NCBI GenBank assembly: GCA_963816395.1
Contig: CAWFKQ010000007.1
Span: forward strand, 32,001 to 96,000
From: an uncultured delta proteobacterium
GTDB lineage: Bacteria > Desulfobacterota > Desulfuromonadia > Desulfuromonadales > JACZKF01
Reading direction: 5' to 3'
DNA length: 64,000 bases
The translations under genes were made by a program, and so were the position numbers. A model generated the notes under the pieces. The model did no database searches and was not told where the DNA came from. It saw only the letters and a list, made by a program, of their open reading frames with translations. The number at the start of each line of letters is the position of its first letter. The stretch's first letter is position 1. This document shows positions 32,280-42,075 of this stretch, piece after piece.

Positions 32280-33423
32280 AGGCCGATCAGCCGGGACAGG
32301 ATTGCCTGCTGCATCTCGCTGGTCCCCGAGTAAATGGTAGCGGCGATGCTGTCGCGCAGATCGCGTTCCACGTCGTATTCCCTGGTGAATCCATACCCGC
32401 CGTGCACCTGCACGGCATCGAGGCAGGCCCGCTTCAGCCCTTCACTGATGAACAGCTTGGCGAGGGAGGCCTCCAGCGCCGCCCGCTTCCCCTGCCCCTT
32501 GAGGGTGGCGGCTTTGTAGAGGATCAGCCGGCCCAACTCCAGGGTTGACTTCATGTCGACGATCCGGTTCGCCACCGCCTGATATTTGCCGATCGGCTGG
32601 CCGAAGGCCGAGCGTTCCCGGGCATAGGCCACGCACCCCTCCATGACCCGCGCCAGCGTCCCCAGGTGGGCCGCCGGCAGCAGGCTGCGCTCATATTCCA
32701 TCGATTCGTTGAAGATGATCGCCCCTTGCCCCTGCCGCCCCAGCCGGGCCGATTCCGGAACGGGGCAGCCGTCGAAAACCAGTTCCCCGTTCTGCAGCGT
32801 GCACAGTCCCATCTTCTCGATCGGCCGGCAGCGTTCGAACCCGGCGGTCTCCTTTTCCACCAGGAAGCAGGAGACGCCGCCCAGGCGCGGGGTTTCCGGA
32901 TCGGTGAGGGCGAAAACGATCACCACATCGGCGATCGGCCCGTTGGAGATGAACATCTTAGTGCCGCTGAGCCGATAGCCGTCCGCAGTGCGCTCGGCCC
33001 GGGTACGCAAGGCGCCCAGGGCATCGGAGCCGGAGGCGGGCTCGGTGATCGCCTGGGCGAAGATCTTTTCACCCCGGCAGAGGGCGGAAGAAACTGCTTC
33101 TTCTGTTCGGCGGTGCCGAACTGCCGGAGCTGCAGGCCGCAGAGGATCTGGGTGGCGATGGCGTGCACCAGCCCGGCATCCCGGCAGGCATAGCCGAGGG
33201 CCTCCAGGGCAATGGCGGTCGTCGGAAAATCGGCGCCGCAGCCACCGTACTCTTCCGGAAACGGCAGGGCCATGATCTGCATCTCGGCGCATTTGCGCCA
33301 GGAGGCAAAGGGGAACCGCCCCTCCTTCTCGTGTCCGGCGATATCGTGGTCCAGCTCCTGGCGGCCGAAGCGGATGATCGTCTCCCGCAGTTCCACCTGT
33401 TCTTCGCTGAGAGCGAATTCCAT
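32276..33423 (-). CDS. Acyl-CoA dehydrogenase-fold protein resembling aminoacyl-carrier dehydrogenases (AnaB/PltE/RedW type); frameshift near 33085
   Basis: LEALGYACRDAGL, TEPASGSD, SMEYER, RDSIAATIYSGTSEMQ. Confidence 0.85.
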
Positions 33424-33424
33424 C

Positions 33425-33682
33425 TCAGGCCTCCGCGGCGCAGCCGCTTTTCCGCTCCACCATGGCGGAAATCGCCGTCAGGGTGGCGAAATTTTCCGGC
33501 ATCAGTTCATCGCCGTCGATGCGAACGGAAAATTTCTCCTCGAGAAACCCGAGCAGGGCCATGATGCCGAAGGAATCGATGATCCCCTGGTCGATCAACT
33601 GGTCCGTATCGGCGATCGTCCCGGCCCCCTCCGGCCGGAGTTCGGAAGTAATGAACTGGCGAATCCGGTCAATCGTCTGCAT
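33425..33682 (-). CDS. Acyl/peptidyl carrier protein
   Basis: 85 aa acidic protein, GIIDSFG phosphopantetheine site, PENF. Confidence 0.9.
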   Translation of the reverse strand: MQTIDRIRQFITSELRPEGAGTIADTDQLIDQGIIDSFGIMALLGFLEEKFSVRIDGDELMPENFATLTAISAMVERKSGCAAEA

Positions 33683-33736
33683 AGCGATACTCCTCCTTTT
33701 TGAATGCGAGGCTCTTTCCTGGCGCCTCTTCTGTCC

Positions 33737-34711
33737 TCAGGCCGCCTGCCTTTTCGCCGCCCGCACCTCTGCGGTCAGCAGGGGCACCACCTCCAGCAGA
33801 TCACCGACGATGCCGTAATCACAGGCCTGGAAGATGTCCGCCCGGGGATCGCGGTTGATCGCCACCACGACCCGGGCGTTGCGGATGCCGGCGAGATGCT
33901 GGATCGCCCCCGAAATGCCGCAGGCGATGTAGAGATCGGGGCCGACCACCCGTCCGGTCTGTCCGACCTGGTGCCGGTGGGCGATCCAGCCGGCATCGAC
34001 GGCGGCCCGGCTGGCGCCCAGGGCCGCGCCGAGCTCCCGGCACAGCGCCTCCAGCACCGGCCAGTTCTGCGGCCCGCCGAGGCCGCGCCCACCCGAGACG
34101 ACGATGCGCGCCTCCCCCAGGTCGACCGTCCCCTGCAGCGACTCCACCACCTCCCGGACCAGGGTGCGCGGCCGCACTGCCGGCAAATGCCGCCGCACCA
34201 CCTGGGGAAGAGCTTCCCCGACCCGCCGCACCGGGAAGAGCTGAGGGCGCAGAGTGATCACGGCGGGAGAGCGGCTGAGGCGCAGATCGGCGAGGATTTT
34301 CCCGGCATACAGGGGCTTGCGCAGCCGCAGGCCGGCCGCGTCCCATTCCATGGCGACGGCATCCTGCACCAGTTCGGCATCCAGGCGGGCCGCCGCCGAG
34401 GCGGCCAGTTCCCGCCCCAGGGCCGTCGCCGGACCGATGACGAGGTCGGCGCGGAGTTCCCGGGCCAGATCGGCCACCAGCGGGACATGCAGATCGTTGC
34501 GGCTGCCGGCGAGGAGTTGCCCGGCGGCGACGTGCAGCCGCGCTATCCCCAGCCCGGCCAGCTGCCGGCCCGCCTCCTCCGGCTCGCGCCCCAGCCACAG
34601 GCCGTGCAGTTCACTGCCGCTCGCGGCCGCGATCCGGGCAGCGGCGGAAGCCGCCTCCAGGGCCGCGACGGGAAGCCCGTGGCGCTCTTCCAACAGGGTC
34701 AGAATAGTCAT
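33737..34711 (-). CDS. etfA: Electron transfer flavoprotein alpha subunit
   Basis: VVSGGRG, GASRAAVD, QVGQTG, GISGAIQH. Confidence 0.95.
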   Translation of the reverse strand: MTILTLLEERHGLPVAALEAASAAARIAAASGSELHGLWLGREPEEAGRQLAGLGIARLHVAAGQLLAGSRNDLHVPLVADLARELRADLVIGPATALGRELAASAAARLDAELVQDAVAMEWDAAGLRLRKPLYAGKILADLRLSRSPAVITLRPQLFPVRRVGEALPQVVRRHLPAVRPRTLVREVVESLQGTVDLGEARIVVSGGRGLGGPQNWPVLEALCRELGAALGASRAAVDAGWIAHRHQVGQTGRVVGPDLYIACGISGAIQHLAGIRNARVVVAINRDPRADIFQACDYGIVGDLLEVVPLLTAEVRAAKRQAA

Positions 34712-34730
34712 ATTTTTCTATCCTGGTCAG

Positions 34731-35507
34731 CTAGATTGCGATGTCGTTTCGGCGCAGCGCAGTAATCAGTTCCCGGGCCTGTTCCCGCAGCTCGCCCTGA
34801 AGAATGACCCCGCGCCGGTGCTGGTGCGGCTGACTCAGGGACTCGACCGCCAGACCGGGACTCAGGCGCATTGGGTCGATCCCCAGGTCGGCCATGGTAA
34901 CTTCCTCGATCGGCTTGCGTTTCGCTTTCAGGATGTTCGGCAGGGTGGGATAGCGCGGGGTGTTGATCCCTTTTTCCACCGACAGCACGGCTGGCAGCGG
35001 GAGTTCCAGAACCAGCTGTCCCCCCTCGACGGCCCGATCGACCGTCGCCAGCCCCTCCCCGATCCGGCAGCGGGTGACCGCCGAGGCATGCGGCAGTCCC
35101 AGGATCTCGGCAATGCGCTCGGGCACCTGGGCGCCGTCGCCGTCGACCGCCTGCTTTCCCGCCAGGATCAGGTCGGGCGCGCTCTTCTGCAGGGCGGCCG
35201 CTAGCACCAGGGCCGTGCCGCGGCCGCTGGAAGGGACGTCCTGGTTCTCCCGGATCAGGATCGCCCGGTCGGCGCCCACGGCAATGGCGGTGCGCAGGAC
35301 CCGCCGGGCAGGGTCGCCGCCCAGGCTCAGCGCCTCGATGGTGCCGCCGTGCGTCTCCTGCAAACGAACCGCCTCCTCAAGGGCGTATTCATCGTAGGGA
35401 TTGAGCACGAATTCCAGCTCCTCCAGCCGCACGCTTTTGCCGTCATCGGCTATCTGCGGCATGGCGGCGGTATCGGGAACGCTTTTCAAAAGAACCGCAA
35501 TCTTCAT
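34731..35507 (-). CDS. etfB: Electron transfer flavoprotein beta subunit
   Basis: KSVPD, NPYDEYALEEA, GKQAVDGD, NTPRYP. Confidence 0.95.
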   Translation of the reverse strand: MKIAVLLKSVPDTAAMPQIADDGKSVRLEELEFVLNPYDEYALEEAVRLQETHGGTIEALSLGGDPARRVLRTAIAVGADRAILIRENQDVPSSGRGTALVLAAALQKSAPDLILAGKQAVDGDGAQVPERIAEILGLPHASAVTRCRIGEGLATVDRAVEGGQLVLELPLPAVLSVEKGINTPRYPTLPNILKAKRKPIEEVTMADLGIDPMRLSPGLAVESLSQPHQHRRGVILQGELREQARELITALRRNDIAI

Positions 35508-35519
35508 CTATTCACCTTT

Positions 35520-35673
35520 GATGCTTTCGCAAGAAAGCCAAGATGGGATGGCTAAGCAAAAAGCGCCAAATGCAAGGCGCGCAATTGTCGAGCAATGAGG
35601 CGTACTACCGTACGTCGAAGCAGCGAGAGCAATTGCAGCAACGCAGCAGTTGGTGAGTTTTTGCGACGCCATC
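35520..35673. mobile_element. MITE-like non-coding element with imperfect terminal inverted repeats and 6-bp flanking duplication
   Basis: Ends gatgctttcgcaagaa / tttttgcgacgccatc; ACCTTT at 35514-35519 and 35674-35679; internal GAGGCGTAC-N4-GTACG hairpin. Confidence 0.65.
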
Positions 35674-35690
35674 ACCTTTAATGAAATCCC

Positions 35691-35737
35691 AAGAGAAAGC
35701 CGGGCTGCCTGGAAACGATCTTCTTCGGCAGCCCGGC
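35691..35737 (-). terminator. Riboswitch expression-platform terminator
   Basis: Minus strand gccgggctgcc...ggcagcccggc followed by tttctctt; the 5' arm is the 3' part of the aptamer. Confidence 0.7.
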
Positions 35738-35797
35738 CGTCTCCGGGAGACCCGCGGCTTTCCGCCCCCCCCTCGCGAGGGGTTAGGCTTTTCGGAT
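35722..35797 (-). ncRNA. GEMM-I (c-di-GMP-I class) riboswitch aptamer upstream of etfB
   Basis: Minus strand AAG CCTAA CCCCTC-GCGA-GGGGGG GGCGG AAAGCC GCGGGTCTC-CCG-GAGACGGCCGGGCTGCCGAA matches the Geobacter-type GEMM-I architecture. Confidence 0.85.
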
Positions 35798-35869
35798 GGA
35801 TGTAATTAATGTCTATTAAGGTGTTATCAGGGGAACGCCCTTTGTCAACCCTTCATTATCGCCTCCCGG

Positions 35870-36964
35870 TCAGCCGGCCTGCACCGCACCAGAGGATATC
35901 GAAATATCGGCGTCCGGACGGGCATGCGGGCGGGAGCCGTCCCGGATCTCCCCCACCCGCACCAAACGGTCGCACTTGGCGGAAGCGATTCCCGCCTGAA
36001 CGGTCAGCCAGCTGGGGTCGACCGGATCGCCGAGCGCCCAGGCGATCAGCACCGCCGGTAGATCAACCCCGGCGAGATGGGTAAAAGGATAACTGCCTCC
36101 GAAACGGGGATTCAGGTCGATTACGCGACTGTGGTTTCCCTCCACGAAGACGTCGCAGTCCAGGATCCCAAGGTGTCCAACTGCCCTACCGATGTGCTCC
36201 CCGAGCGCTTCGAGAGCCGGGTGCTCGACGGTGACCGCCTGGACGGCCCCCTCCCCTACCCGCATGGCGAGCTTGCGCTTGACGAAAGTTTTCACATAAC
36301 GCCCCTGCAGGTCGTTGATAATGTCCAGGTTGTACTCGGTCCCCGCTAGTTTTTCCTGCACCATAAGGCAATGCCCCTCATCTTGAGCACTGACCTCCGC
36401 CAGGAATGATCGCATCAGGCGCAAACGCCCGAGCCGCCAGGCAAGATCCAGTTCCTCACTGCTCTCCGGATACTCGTTGCCGATGGAAGCGGTACCCCAG
36501 CGCGGTTTCACGACCACGGGGAAGCGCAGATCGCCAGTTGCCATAGCCGAACGGAAATCGTCTAGGGAGGTCCATGTCCGGGGAGTTTCGACCCCTATGC
36601 TCTGCAGGTAACGGTAGGAGGAAACCTTGTCGAAGCACATATCGACTATCTCCGGCGAAGAGACAACCGGCAGGGTTCCAACTTCGAGAAAACGGTTTCG
36701 CAACCGGGCCAGAATCGGGAGTTCCAGATCATTGAGGGAGAACAGCAGGCGCACCTGATGCTCCCTGCAGATTTTAAGCAGACTCGGCAGATAGTCGGGA
36801 TGCCGGATCGGCGGCACCAGAAATGCCCGGTTCGCTTCCTGAAGCGCCGGGGCAGAAGGTGAAATATCGGCGGCGAGGATCTCGCCGCGACCGGCCAGGG
36901 CTTCCCGAAAATAGCCAACGAGGTAATTCCGGCGGCCGGCACAGGTCAGCAGGATGTTGATCAT
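35870..36964 (-). CDS. ATP-grasp domain protein
   Basis: NILLTCAGRR, VVKPRWGTAS, QEKLAGTEY, DLNPRFGGSYP. Confidence 0.85.
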   Translation of the reverse strand: MINILLTCAGRRNYLVGYFREALAGRGEILAADISPSAPALQEANRAFLVPPIRHPDYLPSLLKICREHQVRLLFSLNDLELPILARLRNRFLEVGTLPVVSSPEIVDMCFDKVSSYRYLQSIGVETPRTWTSLDDFRSAMATGDLRFPVVVKPRWGTASIGNEYPESSEELDLAWRLGRLRLMRSFLAEVSAQDEGHCLMVQEKLAGTEYNLDIINDLQGRYVKTFVKRKLAMRVGEGAVQAVTVEHPALEALGEHIGRAVGHLGILDCDVFVEGNHSRVIDLNPRFGGSYPFTHLAGVDLPAVLIAWALGDPVDPSWLTVQAGIASAKCDRLVRVGEIRDGSRPHARPDADISISSGAVQAG

Positions 36965-38224
36965 AGATCCTCCATTTCATCTATGAAGTTGCAGCTGCAG
37001 AAGAAATCTTCAAAGGACTGGCGGCGGCGGATCGGAACGAATCCGCTCCTTCCTCTAACCAGGACCGGAGGCGCCGGATGGATGAAGGGGGGCGTCAGAA
37101 CCACCGTGTACGCGCCGACATTGTCGATCCGGATGAAATCACCGGGGTCGATACCCTCGCACTCGATATCTTGCAAAAGGCAGTCTTTTTCCATGCAGGT
37201 GGCGCCGACCACGCTTACCACCTCACGTGGTCCTCGGGGGTTTTCCTTGATGATTTCGAAAGGATGATTGCGCCGGTGCATGGTCGGTTTGACGTTGAAA
37301 AAGGTACCATCCGTTACCGCCAGCCGGCGGCCACCGACTGACTTCACATCAAAGACCCGCGTTAGGTAACTCATGGTATCGGCGACCACTGCCATCCCCG
37401 GCTCGATAACCAGCCGCGGTCGCTTACTGCTTGCCCACGGATGACTCAGCAGTTCCCGGCAGATCGCCTCCGCGTAGTCATCATAAGTAGGTGAATCCGT
37501 CAGCCCCATTGCCGGCACCCTGCGCCCGAAAAAACCACCGCCGATATCGAGATATTCGATCGTTTCCGGGAAATAGTGCGCGGCGGCATCCGCCAGGGTG
37601 TTAACTATGGTGCGGTAGACCCATAGGCTGCGGCTGGTCGAGGAGACGTGTCCATGCAGGGAGTGCACACGGATATTGGGCTGCTTCCGGAGCTGTCGTG
37701 CCGCCTCCGCCAGTGCGTCGGGTGAAAAGCCGAAACGACCGACGGCCATTCCTTCCTGCAGATGCGATTTCCCCTCTTCGTCGATCAGGGGAATATTGAG
37801 CCGCAAACCGATGCCGATCGCCTCTCCGGGCTGTCTCCTGGCGTAGTCCATGACCCGAGCGAGTTCCCGGGAGGTGTCGAGGTTGAGGATCATCCCCCGT
37901 TCCAGTGCCAATTCGATATCCTCTCCCCTCTTGACCGGCCCATTGAAGATAATCTCTTCAGGCGGGCAGCCGATTCGCAAGGCAAGGTCTGCTTCCAGCC
38001 GCGATACCACCTCGGCATATGCTCCCGCATTGCGGGCCAGCCGGCATATATAGGGGAGGTAATTGGTCTTGTAGGAATAGCCGACGACAACACGGGGGTA
38101 GCGCTGGCTGAAAGCCAATCGGATATCCCGGAGATTGCGGACGAAGGCATCAGCGGTCGAAAAAATAGAAGGGAGAACCGTGTTCGCGCGCGGCTTCAGA
38201 CAAATCCCGATATTCGTTAATCAT
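36961..38224 (-). CDS. PLP-dependent fold-III decarboxylase (diaminopimelate/ornithine decarboxylase-like); frameshift near the 5' end
   Basis: YSYKTN, FNGPVK, GRFG, LDIGGGF, IEPG, GATCMEKD, VGAY. Confidence 0.8.
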
Positions 38225-38317
38225 CCATGATCTCCGTGCATCGTCTTGCGCCAGGAGAGCGGGCCTTCCTGCCTGCCAGCCTGCCGGCAGTTTTCTTCTC
38301 TGTTTGACGTATGGGAG

Positions 38318-39574
38318 TTACCCCGTTGTTATCTTGGCACCCGCCAAGTTCTTATCGACCATCTGCTCAAGCATGTCGCAAATCTTGTGTGCCAGCAGGT
38401 CACGGTTGAATATGGTATCGGCAGCATGAGCGGCGGCGCGCCGGGCCTGGTTCAGAAATACATCGTCGTACAGTGCGCGGCCGAGAAACCCGGCCGCCGC
38501 ATCGATATCCCTCGCCGGCAGGACCACCCCCGAGCCGCTCTTCTCCAGGAAATCGGCCTGCCATCCAGAGTAATTGATAGCGACCGGCCTCGATGCGGCG
38601 AGGGCATCGAAAAACTTGTTGGCGGAGTTGTTCCACATTGGCGGGAGATCGATAAAGAGACTCACCGCTACTGTACTCGCCGAAAGGAGGGCAGGAACTT
38701 CCCGTTTCGCCACCGGTGGAAAAAACCAGAGGTTTTTTTCCAGCACCCCCCGACTGCGGGCCTCGGTTATGACTGCTTCACGCCGGAAACCGTCACCGGC
38801 AATCATAAACCGTACAGCCGGGTACTTCTCACGCATCCGCTCGGCCAACTGGACGAGGTACTCGACTCCGTTGATGATCCCTATCGTTCCGCAGTAAGCG
38901 ACAATCGGCCCTCCCTGCAGGAAGGGATGGCGGCGGAGGAAATCCTGCCCGGCCTCCTCTCCCACCCGGAATAGGTCGATGTCGCAGGCGTTTGGAATGG
39001 TGGCTATCCGCTCGCGGGGATAGCCAGTCGCTTCGATGCCGGCGGCCATGCCGGGGGAGAGCGCGACCACCCGCACAGCATTGCGATAAGCAGTCGCCTC
39101 AAGCAGCCGAGCTAAACGGATTATCAGCGGATTCTTCAAGGCGCCTACGGCAATCGGCAATTCTGGCCACAGATCACGAACCTCAAAAATCATGGGGCAT
39201 CTATGACGGAATTTTCCGGCAATGGCCGGAATGGCGATTGTCAGCGGCGTACTTGTGGCAAAAACCACATCCACATCTTTTTCACGCAGGGCCTGCACTG
39301 TCGATCGCAGCGCGAAGTCGACGAAAGCTCGCAGGCGTTGGGCATACGACAGCCGATTGGAATAAGGAACATCCAGTACCCGCACATCGATACCGTCTAT
39401 GGAAAGAAAGTTGGCACCAGAACCAAATTCATAGCCGGGGGGAAAGGCGGCGCTGGAAGTGATCATCGTCACCTTATGCCCGCGCTGCACCATACGTTTG
39501 GCGACCTCGTATGAGCGGGTCGCACCTTTTCCATCCGGCGGGACGAAATATTGATGAAGGTAAAGAATGTGCAT
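38318..39574 (-). CDS. Glycosyltransferase family 4 (WbuB-like)
   Basis: HQYF.PP, TSTPL, FEVRDLWPE, NKFFDALAA. Confidence 0.9.
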   Translation of the reverse strand: MHILYLHQYFVPPDGKGATRSYEVAKRMVQRGHKVTMITSSAAFPPGYEFGSGANFLSIDGIDVRVLDVPYSNRLSYAQRLRAFVDFALRSTVQALREKDVDVVFATSTPLTIAIPAIAGKFRHRCPMIFEVRDLWPELPIAVGALKNPLIIRLARLLEATAYRNAVRVVALSPGMAAGIEATGYPRERIATIPNACDIDLFRVGEEAGQDFLRRHPFLQGGPIVAYCGTIGIINGVEYLVQLAERMREKYPAVRFMIAGDGFRREAVITEARSRGVLEKNLWFFPPVAKREVPALLSASTVAVSLFIDLPPMWNNSANKFFDALAASRPVAINYSGWQADFLEKSGSGVVLPARDIDAAAGFLGRALYDDVFLNQARRAAAHAADTIFNRDLLAHKICDMLEQMVDKNLAGAKITTG

Positions 39575-39577
39575 GAT

Positions 39578-40820
39578 CTATCTTCCCTGCTCGGTTATGG
39601 GTTTCGGCTGTGCTGGCTTCCTCCCGGAGAGAACGCCCACCTGATTGCCCCCATGCACCTCTCGCGACCAGGCATCCAGATACTTCTGCATGGAAGCCTT
39701 TGAGTCAAAATCCCGGCGAAGGACTTCCCAGGCATTCGTCTTCAGGCTCTCTCTAAGCCCGGGCTCCGAAAAAACCCTCGAGACAAAGGCCGCAACCTCC
39801 TGCGGTTTAGCTGAATTGTCAACAATAAACCCCGATTTACCATGAGTGATAAGTTCCCTGATGCCTTCGGTATCCGTGACGACACACGCGCAACCCAAAG
39901 CCATGGCTTCTTTTGCCGCATTCGGGAGTCGTTCGCTACGCGAAAGGAGAAGAAAAACCTCGGAGATAGCCATCTCGGCAAAGACTTCGTCGTGCGGGAC
40001 ATGCCCCCGCAGTTCCACTGAGCCGGACAGACCCCATTCGTGAATCATTTTCTCCAACCGCGGGCGCTCCGGGCCTTCTCCCAGGATCAGTAGAGGCGTC
40101 AGCCCAATGTCCCTCACCGTACGGAAGGCTGCCAGGACCGCTTCCGTCTTGACCAGGATCAGCCGGCAGGCACTCGGCCGGCGTCTAGGGGTTTCACCAG
40201 CTCTTCCTTTCAATCCGGACCAATTCAAGTCCACGATGGACGACTTCGATCCGGTGGCGTACTTCTCCCAGTGCGACGATCTGGTCGACGTTAAAGTGGG
40301 CGTATGTCCACCCAGATCGGCTTTCCGGGCAACCTCGCGGTTACCCGGAATTTCGCCAGAGATAGTATGTCACCAAGAAGATTGAAAGCACCGGCGTCCC
40401 GGAGTACGTTTCAGCGATAACCGACTAGCGAGGGGTAATGCCCCCGAAGAGGTGTACCACCTCTCGACGTTCCCGCTCGGTCTGGCGACAAGCTGAAGTG
40501 TACGTGGCACAAGCAACAATCCCTTAGCAGGTCGGCGGTACTCATCTCGCTGCATAGGACCACCCATACCAGAAGTTTGAGTGATCGAAAAGGACGGGTG
40601 AGTGCAATCCACAAGCCGGAAAAATCTCCGTTGCACCGCCATGGGTCACCTCCAGCCCCTCCAAACTTCGCTCCCGGAGAATTCTTCGCCAACCTGCGAC
40701 CGCTGGCCGGAGCGCATGGACGGAAACCTCAGCACCGATATTTCGCAGCGCCCGGATATCACTGGCGGCGAAGGCTTCGTTCTGTGCAGGGAAGATCATG
40801 GTGACATACCAGATTTTCAT
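39578..40820 (-). CDS. Glycosyltransferase family 4; heavily frameshifted
   Basis: N-terminal MKIWYVTMIFP..EAF and C-terminal GEGPER, SERLPNAAKEAMALG in different frames. Confidence 0.65.
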
Positions 40821-42075
40821 ATCTCCCCCATGGCCGGCAGCAGCGATGCGCCCTGAACCGCCTGGCGCTGATGGGCGAAAAGGCCCATGATGGAGGAAAG
40901 AACGATCCAGTGGATTTTGGAAATATAGGAAACCTCAGCAAAGTCCATCACCAGAAAGGAGAGGCAGACGAGGAGGACCCAAAAACCGAGTTTCTTCCTT
41001 TCATAATCGTCGCTTCGATACATCCGCATTCCGTCAAGGAGGAAAAAGAAATAGATCGAGTAAAAAACAAGGAAACCCAAAAGCCCGTGGTTAATCAGCA
41101 TTTCCGAATAATTGTTGTGCGAATAGGTCCCGAATGAGGAAATGTAGCGGAACTGGTCGACGCCCCAGCCGAAAACCGGTCTTTGAGACCAGAACTCGAA
41201 GGCATCATTAAGCATGGAAACCCGCGTACTCAGACTTTTTTCCCCTGTATCGGCGCCGGAAGAAAACTGTACACTGACTCTAGGCGTTTAAAATGAGGGG
41301 AAAAAACGATCGCCTGGCCGACGGCCAGGGCCAGGGCGATTCCCCCCGCCACCGAGAAGATTTTCACCTTTTTCCGCTGCCGGGCGACAAAGAACAGGTA
41401 TGCGCTCGCCAGGACCGCGCAGAATACCAGAATCCCTTTTCTGGAGCCGGTCAGAAACATGATCTGGAATCCGAATAACGGAATGCACGCCAGGCTGGAT
41501 AATACGACCCCCTTACGCATCCGTTTGGAACCGGCGAACAGGAGGTTGTAAATGCAGAAGAGTGTCCCCACCAGCAGGGCCAAGGCATAAATGTTTGCAT
41601 TCCCGAGGGTCGAGCCGATCCTTTCCGAAGAGAGAGGGTCCGCATGCCGCATGCCCACCACGATAGCGAACCCCAACCCCGCGAAGACACCGAGTATCAC
41701 CGGCCTCAGATTCCCCGTATTGCAGATCACATTGCTCAGGACGAGCGTCAGCACGAAGAGAAGAGCGAGAGTGCGAACCCGCAGATATCCCTCAGGCGCG
41801 CCCATCAAGCTCCATGCGCTGATCAAGACGAAACAGAAGAACAAAGACAAGGGCCAGGCGAACTTCGGGAAGAAAGATAGTCTCTTGAGCAATGTTTCCA
41901 TGGTAAAGGTAAAGGTCAGGATGATCCCGAAGAGATTGGAATAAATGACGTCTTCGGCGTTAAAGGAAAAACCGATCACGCTCGCCACGTACAAAAAGAT
42001 GAGCCATGTCGTTAGGGTATATTTGCGACCGTTCACCGGCATGGCTTCAAAGGGCGCATAATCAATCATCGACAT
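40817..42075 (-). CDS. wzy: Wzy polymerase / O-antigen ligase family membrane protein; frameshift near 41230
   Basis: Many TM helices; RIGSTLGNAN, TGSRKG, PVFGWG, SHNNY. Confidence 0.75.

Noticed and set aside
30699..33682. dlt (D-alanylation) operon
   Set aside because: No DltB/MBOAT or DltD gene; partners are a dehydrogenase and ETF, and pocket residues differ from what I recall for DltA
40234..40560. Possible foreign insertion in the GT4 gene
   Set aside because: GT-like peptide fragments (e.g. GHYPSLVGY) continue across frames, so it looks like an error-dense stretch of the same gene
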